Source: an uncultured Clostridia bacterium
Lineage (GTDB): Bacteria; Acidobacteriota; Aminicenantia; UBA2199
DNA length: 64,000 nt
NCBI GenBank assembly: GCA_964422395.1
Contig: CAYRAO010000003.1
Coordinates: 90,344 to 154,343 of the forward strand
Direction of reading: 5' to 3'
Of the stretch, positions 1 through 6,937 are shown piece after piece; positions within the stretch are counted from its first letter, which is position 1; each line of letters begins with the position of its first letter. The notes under the pieces were generated by a model. That model ran no database searches and was not told the DNA's origin. It saw only the letters and a list, made by a program, of their open reading frames with translations. The position numbers were made by a program, and so were the translations under genes.

Positions 1-996
1 AGTTACGGTCTCAACAGAGTAAACTTTGTCAACATTAACAGGATCACAAAAAATCTCACTATAATATTGACTGCTACTGAAGTGAGAACTCATTTTTACC
101 CACGATTCTCCTTGATCTTCCGATCTGTAGAATCCTCCTTTTCCGTCGGCAGCTTGAAAAATTGCATAGACCACCATAGAATTTACCGGAGAAATGGCAA
201 GTCCTATCCCTCCTTTGTCAACTTTTGGGATACCGGATGTAATTTTTCTCCAATTTTTCCCTCCGTCTGTTGTTTTGTAAATCGCAGATTCGGGTCCGCC
301 GTTGATCTTTGTGAAAACGTGGCGTCTTCTTTGTTCAGAAGAAGCTAACATAATTTCAGGGTTTGAAGGGTCCATAACAAGTTCGTTAATTCCTGTATCT
401 TCACTGACTTTTAATATGTTTTTCCAATTTTTCCCTCCGTCCAATGTCATGAATAGACCTCTGTCTCCCCCCGGACCCCATGCAGAACCTTCAGCAGCTA
501 CATAAACAATATTAGTGTCATTCGGATTAATTAATATTTTTCCAATTTGTCTTGAATTTTTAAGTCCCATATTTTTCCAATTTTTCCCTCCGTCAACGGT
601 TTTGTATATCCCGTCACCGTATCCGAGAGCTCTTTGGTGATTATTCTCTCCCGTGCCTGCCCAAATCTCTTTTGGATTTTTAGGATTGATCGCCAAACAT
701 CCGATTGAATATGCACCGTATTTTTCAAAAACGGGTTCAAATGTTATTCCGTTATTAGATGTTTTCCATATATTTCCCGATGCGACCGCAATATAATATT
801 CGCTATGATCTTTGGGGTTTACTGCAATATCCACAACTCTTCCCGAAGAAAAAGCCGGACCTATGGATCTAAATTTTAGTCCGCTTACAATGGATTGAAA
901 AGGGTTTTCACTTTTTTTTAGAATTTTTCTTTTGGGAAAGATTGTTAAAGATAAAAATAAAACAAAAATAATAATTAAGAATTTTTTGGTGTGCAT
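1..996 (-). CDS. BNR/sortilin-type repeat protein (glycoside-hydrolase family 74 / Vps10-like), N-terminal part. Gene continues beyond the window start.
   Basis: Manual translation of the minus strand from ATG at 994-996 gives an uninterrupted reading frame to position 1. It starts MHTKKFLIIIFVLFLSL (signal peptide) and contains repeated BNR motifs: TVDGGKNWKNM, TLDGGKNWKNI, TTDGGKNWRKI, SEDQGESWVKM. It is absent from the ORF track because no stop codon lies in the window. The plus-strand ORFs 67-348 and 302-505 are shadow ORFs. Confidence 0.6.
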   Translation of the reverse strand, partial: MHTKKFLIIIFVLFLSLTIFPKRKILKKSENPFQSIVSGLKFRSIGPAFSSGRVVDIAVNPKDHSEYYIAVASGNIWKTSNNGITFEPVFEKYGAYSIGCLAINPKNPKEIWAGTGENNHQRALGYGDGIYKTVDGGKNWKNMGLKNSRQIGKILINPNDTNIVYVAAEGSAWGPGGDRGLFMTLDGGKNWKNILKVSEDTGINELVMDPSNPEIMLASSEQRRRHVFTKINGGPESAIYKTTDGGKNWRKITSGIPKVDKGGIGLAISPVNSMVVYAIFQAADGKGGFYRSEDQGESWVKMSSHFSSSQYYSEIFCDPVNVDKVYSVETVT

Positions 997-1179
997 ATTT
1001 TCTCCTGAATTTATTATAATAAAGTTGTTACGAAAATTAAATGCTTATGTTTATTTATGAGACCATCAATAAAATGTTCTTGGAATATTTTAGTAAATGT
1101 GGTAGCTTGAGTGGTTGATAAAAGGACAAGTAAAAATAGAATAAGTAAAATTTGAAATGTTTTACCGGAAGGATAAAAA

Positions 1180-2979
1180 ATGATCAAATATTTGTCATAT
1201 AATGTTAACGGATTGGAAAAAAGATATCCTTTAACCGAACTGTTTGTTTCTGTCGGACGGGGTAAAAAAAACGATTTGATAATAGACGAACCGTATATCT
1301 CAAGATCCCATCTTAATATTAGAGTTGGTAGGAGTTCGATAGTTATTGAAGACAGCGGATCGGAGAATCAAACGTTTGTAAACGGTAAAGAGGTAAAGAA
1401 GGCGGAAATAAAAATAGATCAAAAATTTGTTTTAGGTCGGATGAGCTTTACTTTAAAAGAGGGGAATGATGATGAATTATTAAAATCACATCAATTTACT
1501 CCGTCAAATATATCCGGAAATATATATTCGAATATCGGAAATATGAATAAAACCGATAATATCCGAAGCCTGTTTAAAATTATTTTGGAAGAGTTGTTGA
1601 TTGTTGGAGTAAAGAGTAAAAATTTTTCAAAATTCCTTAACCTATTGTCAAGGAAGCTTCAGTCACTTCCTGAAATGGGGTCTATATTTTTATTGTCACA
1701 TGGGAAGGATAATCACAATATAATTTTCTCCGGTGGGAATCTTTCTGACGTTACCAACATTATAGAGAGGTTTCGAGAAGAAAAAGGGTTGTTTGATATA
1801 GAAGTTGATTATAAATCTCTGAGTGGAAGTAAGTTTTTTTTCAGATCCATACCGGTGAAACTTAAACGATACAAGGGTGTTCTTGTTTACGTTGATGACA
1901 AGCCGTTAGGGAAATTGAACCCCGATATTTTGGACTTTGCTTGTTCTCTTGCAAAAGAGATCGAACTTGTTTATAAACTTTTTTCTCAATCTCCACAGAC
2001 AAATATTTTATCTCCCGATCCCGAATGTACGGAAACAAAAATTATTACCGGAAATTCCACAATGAAAAATTTGATAAAGCATACATTGAAAATTGCTTCA
2101 AGCGATATCTTTCTACTTATTCAAGGGGAGAGTGGGACAGGTAAAGAATTGTTTGCTAACATGATTCATTATAATTCCAAAAGGAATAAAGAATCTTTGA
2201 TTGCCATTAATTGTGCGACCATACCGGAAAATTTATTGGAATCGGAACTATTCGGACATGAAAAAGGGGCGTTTACAAACGCAATAGAATTAAAAAAGGG
2301 GAAACTTGAACTTGCGTCGGGAGGTACACTTATTCTTGATGAAATAGGCGACATGCCTTTTAATCTTCAAGCAAAACTGTTGAGATCTTTGCAAGAGTTT
2401 GAATTTTATCGCATTGGGGGTTCGGTACCAATAAAAGTGGATTTGAGAATCATATCAATGACAAACAAAAATTTGAAAGATATGATCCTTAAAAATCAAT
2501 TCCGAGAAGATCTTTACTTTAGATTGGTTCACAGGACTCTGATTATTCCTCCCTTAAGAGCAAGGCGTGAAGACATCTCTCTTTTGATCAACCATTTTAC
2601 AAATCTGTTTTCTTATGAAATGGGTAAAAATATAGGCGGATACACCGTGAAAGCTTATGAAACATTGGTAAATTATAATTGGCCCGGAAATGTCAGGCAA
2701 TTAAAAAACGAGATAAACAGTATTGTTAATTTAGCAGATGAGGGAGAAGTAGTGGATTCCAATCTGATCTCTCAGGAAATTACATCCCAATCTTTTTCTA
2801 TTTTCGATACGGAAGAGAAAGGGGAAAAAGTGTTCTACAGAAAACCCGACAAAAACAGTATTCTTGCGGTTTTGGAAAAAAATGATTGGAACAAAACAAA
2901 ATCAGCAAAAGAGTTAAATATGACTTACAGGGGATTACATAAAAAAATGCAGAAACTCAATATTAATAGAAGTAAGTAA
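1180..2979 (+). CDS. σ54-dependent transcriptional activator (bEBP) with N-terminal FHA domain and C-terminal Fis-type HTH
   Basis: FHA-like N-terminus (GRGKKNDLIIDEPYISRSHLNI...SGSENQTFVNGK). AAA+ σ54-interaction domain with Walker A GESGTGKE, ESELFGHEKGAFTNA (a GAFTGA-loop variant), and Walker B/arginine-finger region. C-terminal HTH KSAKELNMTYRGLHKKM. Confidence 0.85.
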   Translation: MIKYLSYNVNGLEKRYPLTELFVSVGRGKKNDLIIDEPYISRSHLNIRVGRSSIVIEDSGSENQTFVNGKEVKKAEIKIDQKFVLGRMSFTLKEGNDDELLKSHQFTPSNISGNIYSNIGNMNKTDNIRSLFKIILEELLIVGVKSKNFSKFLNLLSRKLQSLPEMGSIFLLSHGKDNHNIIFSGGNLSDVTNIIERFREEKGLFDIEVDYKSLSGSKFFFRSIPVKLKRYKGVLVYVDDKPLGKLNPDILDFACSLAKEIELVYKLFSQSPQTNILSPDPECTETKIITGNSTMKNLIKHTLKIASSDIFLLIQGESGTGKELFANMIHYNSKRNKESLIAINCATIPENLLESELFGHEKGAFTNAIELKKGKLELASGGTLILDEIGDMPFNLQAKLLRSLQEFEFYRIGGSVPIKVDLRIISMTNKNLKDMILKNQFREDLYFRLVHRTLIIPPLRARREDISLLINHFTNLFSYEMGKNIGGYTVKAYETLVNYNWPGNVRQLKNEINSIVNLADEGEVVDSNLISQEITSQSFSIFDTEEKGEKVFYRKPDKNSILAVLEKNDWNKTKSAKELNMTYRGLHKKMQKLNINRSK

Positions 2980-2996
2980 TCCTCATACAGATTTTT

Positions 2997-3212
2997 TTAT
3001 ACCGGAACCATTTTGCTTATTTCCCACATATTTTGGGCGTGGCATGACGGGCAGGGATTCTTTTGAATTTGGTCAAGATTTGTACAATATTCGCATACTG
3101 CATAAATAGCATTTGTCGGGCATACTCGGCATTTTGCAATATGTATTTCCCCCTCCGCCACTAATGATAAACTGACATCAAAACTTTTCCCACACTTGTT
3201 GCATGTCACCAT
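2997..3212 (-). CDS. double zinc-ribbon protein (four CxxC pairs)
   Basis: 71 aa with CNKC, CRVC, CEYC and CPSC pairs. Begins 1 nt after the upstream β-barrel gene, so it is likely co-transcribed. Confidence 0.5.
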   Translation of the reverse strand: MVTCNKCGKSFDVSLSLVAEGEIHIAKCRVCPTNAIYAVCEYCTNLDQIQKNPCPSCHAQNMWEISKMVPV

Positions 3213-3213
3213 G

Positions 3214-4224
3214 TTATTCTCCTTTCTTTTTATTATTTAATGTATAGCGAATACCGCAGGAAATTTTTAATCTGGAAGTATTAATTCGCGACCATCCGAA
3301 TATGTCGGCAATATAGACAAGATCACAATCAAATGATATACGGTTGTTGATTTTGTATAGAATACCTGCAGATATAGCTACACCTTCAAGATTAAAAAAA
3401 TTGCTTCTCCCGATATACATAGCAACCGTTCCTTCGTAAATTCCAATACGAGGCAGATACTTTCCTGATTTCCCCAACGGGTATATTCTGGCTCCAAAAG
3501 AATATGTGTTGCCTGCATTTGTGACTCCCGAACCGATACTTATACTGAAATAATTATGAAGAGTTTTCCCCAATGAACCCGGAAGTAACGGATTCATCTC
3601 AATGTTAACTCCAATTGCTCCGTATGGGATACCTATTCCGATACCGGTGCTTAAAAATGAGGTTTTACCGACTTGTTCGGAATATGGTGTTTTAAAATCA
3701 AATTGACCTCCAACCGCAAACTTGAATCTTGAGTGATTTGAATATAGATCGTTATATACATGGGCTAAGTAAAATGCGTCTCCCGTTAAGGATAGTTGTT
3801 CCGATAATTGTAAAACAATGCCTCCGCCAAGACATATAGCATCAATAGTATCGTAATCCTTTTCATAAGTGTTATAAATATCAAGAATCCGATCTATTTT
3901 TGCATAATAAAATGATAGTCTCGGTTGAATAAATCCTTTTCGTCCAAGCGGATAACCGTTTACACCGAGAGCAAAAAGAAGTCTTTTCTCTTTGTATCCC
4001 ACTCCAAGAGAAAAACTGAAATAGTTATTCAAATAGTGTAGATTTTTCGGCAATAGCGGGTTTACTTCAAAATTTATTCCCATGTAGCCGTAAGGGACTC
4101 CGTATCCTGCGGAAACTCTGAATAGATTATCTTTACTCTTTCCCGTAACGAAATTATTGTTTCCAATAAATATAACCAAAACAAATAGTGTAATAACCAT
4201 TTTAATAGGATTTACTTTCTTCAC
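3214..4224 (-). CDS. outer-membrane β-barrel-like protein with internal tandem duplication
   Basis: The two halves align at about 60% identity (GYGVPYGYMGINFEVNPLLP vs GIGIPYGAIGVNIEMNPLLP; YPLGRKGFIQPRLSFY vs YPLGKSGKYLPRIGIY). Alternating aromatic/Gly pattern typical of β-strands, with an N-terminal signal sequence. The start was moved to GTG 4222-4224 because AAGGAG lies 7 nt upstream. The ORF-track TTG at 4248 has no RBS. Confidence 0.6.
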   Translation of the reverse strand: MKKVNPIKMVITLFVLVIFIGNNNFVTGKSKDNLFRVSAGYGVPYGYMGINFEVNPLLPKNLHYLNNYFSFSLGVGYKEKRLLFALGVNGYPLGRKGFIQPRLSFYYAKIDRILDIYNTYEKDYDTIDAICLGGGIVLQLSEQLSLTGDAFYLAHVYNDLYSNHSRFKFAVGGQFDFKTPYSEQVGKTSFLSTGIGIGIPYGAIGVNIEMNPLLPGSLGKTLHNYFSISIGSGVTNAGNTYSFGARIYPLGKSGKYLPRIGIYEGTVAMYIGRSNFFNLEGVAISAGILYKINNRISFDCDLVYIADIFGWSRINTSRLKISCGIRYTLNNKKKGE

Positions 4225-4298
4225 TTTATTTCTCCTTAATAACAGCAATTCTACGATTACTCAAAGCAATAATCATACCAATTTTAAAGAATTGACTT

Positions 4299-4314
4299 TG
4301 CATTGTTATATCCA
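4299..4314 (-). promoter_or_regulatory. candidate σ54 (-24/-12) promoter upstream of the β-barrel/zinc-ribbon operon
   Basis: Minus strand TGGATATAACAATGCA. TGG and TGCA are at the correct 16-nt spacing for TGGCACG-N4-TTGCA, but the remainder is degenerate. About 75 nt upstream of GTG 4224. Confidence 0.25.
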
Positions 4315-4367
4315 CTCCAACAAAGTAATTCTCAGGAAACAAGGTTCAATCTCATTTGAGTCAACAA

Positions 4368-4393
4368 TGAACTTGTTCACAGTAAGATGAACA
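4368..4393 (-). promoter_or_regulatory. candidate enhancer (UAS): palindrome TGAAC-TT-GTTCA plus a third TGAACA half-site
   Basis: 4368-4379 is TGAACTTGTTCA. 4388-4393 is TGAACA. Located 55-95 nt upstream of the candidate -24/-12 element. Confidence 0.25.
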
Positions 4394-4438
4394 AAGCGAT
4401 ACTTAATTCAAAAAAAAGAGATAAAATCAAATATCCGG

Positions 4439-6844
4439 CTAAACAGCAAAGTGATTGAATTTTTCCATAAGAGTAATTATGTCCGGTCTTTTTTGAGGTT
4501 CTTTATTCATCATTCGGAAGATAATTTTATTTATCTCTTCGGAAATATCATGATTTTTTGCTGTTATGGGATCAGGATCTTTGTTTAAAATCTCAAACAT
4601 AATTTCTCCGGTGGTATCTCCCTTGTAAGGTCTTTCTCCCGTAAGCATTTCATAAAAGATAATTCCGAGTGAATAAATATCTCCGGCGAATGAGAATACG
4701 GAATGAAATAATTGCTCGGGCGGCATATAGAATATTGTACCGAGAATCATTCCGGTTTTTGTTAAACTGTTTAATGATTGTGTTTTTGCAAGACCGAAAT
4801 CAAGAAGTTTCACTGAAAGTACACCGTTTTTTTCAGACAGCATAATATTTTCAGGTTTTAAATCCCGATGGATTATTTCCCGTTTGTGAAGTTCAAAGAG
4901 AGCATTGATAAGTTGTTTCATTATGAAAATCCCGTGTTTTCCCAATAGATTTTTGTCCTTGTTTATTTCAAAAGCAAGTGTATTTCCTTTAATATATTCC
5001 ATTGCAATGAAAAGCTGATTATCAAACTCACCGACTTCAAATATTTTGACTATATTTTCATGATTGATGTTTTTTAAAATATTCGCTTCGTTAAAAAATC
5101 TTTTTTTTTGGTCTGCATCGGCGTTGACATCTTCTTTGAGAATTTTTATTGCGACAGGTTCTGTTTTGTTCTTTGTATGAAATCCTTTAAAAACAACAGC
5201 CATTCCTCCGGAGCCTATTTTATCAACGAGCCTGTAAGAACTGATGTGGTTTTTTTTCTTCCAGAAAGCAAAAAGCTTTTTATATTTTAAAAACAGCAGT
5301 ATTAAAGCTATTAAAACCAGAGCAAATCCGACAATAAGGATCTTCGTTTTAAAATCTTTCTGAGTTATTTCCAGCTTTTTAATTTGATTATCTTTTTTTA
5401 GTAATAAATTGTTCTTAGAGAGGATTGTTATCTCTTTATCTTTTTTCTCGGATTCATATTTTGTCTGCATTTCGGCAATTTTATCATTTGATTGTTTATT
5501 AAGGATCTTATCCTTGATTTCGGTATACTTTATGTAGTAGCGTATAGAATCTTTATAGTTTTTCCTTGCATCCGACAATTCGTATAAATTTTTATATACA
5601 TTCCTTGTTAAAAACAATATTTTGTAATTTTTTGACATTTTTAACGCTTTTTTTAAGTATAATTCGGCTTTTTTGAACTTATTCTGCTCTATATAAAGGC
5701 ATCCCATGTTTGCAAAAAAAATAATTTGAGATGTAATGTTATTAGTTTTCTTTGCCATTTCAAAAGATTTTTTATAGTTGAGAATCGCAAAGGGGATATT
5801 ATTTAAGCTTTTATACGAAATTGCAATATTTCCGTAATATTTGCTTGAAGCGTCATAATCTTCAATTTCCAAACTTAAGTTCAAAGCTTTTTTAAAGTAT
5901 GGTAATCCCTTATCAATTTTATTTTGCAAAACATACAACAATCCTTTGGTATTGTATTTCGATGAAAGCAGATTTTTATTACCATTTTTTTTGTCTAATA
6001 GGATCCCTTTTTCTATGTATGACATCGCTTTGACGTAGTTTTTTCTATTTTTATATACAATTGCTATGTTGTTATATGTTCTACTCAATCCGGTTATATT
6101 CTTTATCTCTTCATTAATCTTAATGCTATCGAAATAGCACTCAAGGGTTTTTGAGGTTTTGCCAGTATTGTTATACAAGATTCCCAGGTTATTTAATGCA
6201 AGAGAAACAGCCTTTTTATAGTTATATCTTTTTGCGGATTGCAAAGCACGTAGCAGAAATTTTTCACTTTTGGAATATTTATAGGAGTGGATGTAAACCA
6301 CGCCGAGATTATTTAAGAAATCAACAAACCCCTTTTTATTATTTATCTCTTCACAGATTTTCCCGAACTCTCTGTAATTCTTCTCTGCTTCCTCATATTT
6401 ACTGAGGAATAAGTATTCGTTCCCGAGTTTTTTATAAAACTCGCTCATTTTTTTTTTGTTCTCAGGTTTTTTGTAAAAAATCAATGCCTTTTTCAGATAT
6501 TCCAATCTCTTTTTGTGCCGGTCGGTTTTTTTATAAAATTTTGCAATCTCCGAATAAACCACACCGGTTTCGGTCGGATTTTTTATCTTCGATATTTTTA
6601 AAGCCTCAAGCAGAAATTTTTCTCCTGTTTTTGCGGATGCAATATTAGAAAATGCTTTATCAATCAGAGATTTTACCGTATCGTCGAGTTGGGTATCGGA
6701 GGAATTGTTTGTTTTACCGTTAAGTGATGTAAAAAGCATTATCAAAATAATTGCAAGAAAAATTTTTAAGGTAGAAAAAATTGTATCCGATGTTTTAATT
6801 GAAATTTTATTAATCATGATGTTCCCATAGTTATATAAAGACAA
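4439..6844 (-). CDS. receptor-type Ser/Thr protein kinase with extracytoplasmic TPR-repeat sensor region
   Basis: N-terminal signal/TM, about 450 aa of TPR-like repeats, a coiled coil, and a TM helix (ILIVGFALVLIALILLFL). C-terminal Hanks kinase domain (GSGGMAVVFKG, AIK, HRDLKPENIML, DFGLAK, PPE). An alternative ATG start lies at 6815-6817. Confidence 0.85.
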   Translation of the reverse strand: MSLYNYGNIMINKISIKTSDTIFSTLKIFLAIILIMLFTSLNGKTNNSSDTQLDDTVKSLIDKAFSNIASAKTGEKFLLEALKISKIKNPTETGVVYSEIAKFYKKTDRHKKRLEYLKKALIFYKKPENKKKMSEFYKKLGNEYLFLSKYEEAEKNYREFGKICEEINNKKGFVDFLNNLGVVYIHSYKYSKSEKFLLRALQSAKRYNYKKAVSLALNNLGILYNNTGKTSKTLECYFDSIKINEEIKNITGLSRTYNNIAIVYKNRKNYVKAMSYIEKGILLDKKNGNKNLLSSKYNTKGLLYVLQNKIDKGLPYFKKALNLSLEIEDYDASSKYYGNIAISYKSLNNIPFAILNYKKSFEMAKKTNNITSQIIFFANMGCLYIEQNKFKKAELYLKKALKMSKNYKILFLTRNVYKNLYELSDARKNYKDSIRYYIKYTEIKDKILNKQSNDKIAEMQTKYESEKKDKEITILSKNNLLLKKDNQIKKLEITQKDFKTKILIVGFALVLIALILLFLKYKKLFAFWKKKNHISSYRLVDKIGSGGMAVVFKGFHTKNKTEPVAIKILKEDVNADADQKKRFFNEANILKNINHENIVKIFEVGEFDNQLFIAMEYIKGNTLAFEINKDKNLLGKHGIFIMKQLINALFELHKREIIHRDLKPENIMLSEKNGVLSVKLLDFGLAKTQSLNSLTKTGMILGTIFYMPPEQLFHSVFSFAGDIYSLGIIFYEMLTGERPYKGDTTGEIMFEILNKDPDPITAKNHDISEEINKIIFRMMNKEPQKRPDIITLMEKFNHFAV

Positions 6845-6937
6845 AAGTATTAAATGTCAAACTTGTATATTGGCAAATCAAATGTAAATTTGATCCCTGC
6901 AAAGAAATGTGAAAGAATATAAACAATAAAAACCTAC

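Noticed and set aside
67-505. Plus-strand ORFs 67-348 and 302-505 at the left edge
   Set aside because: They overlap the strongly protein-like minus-strand BNR-repeat reading frame (1-996) and have odd composition. Treated as shadow ORFs.
6845-6937. TGGCAA-N6-TGTA element resembling a σ54 -24 box upstream of the YdiJ-like gene
   Set aside because: The invariant -12 GC dinucleotide is absent (GT instead).
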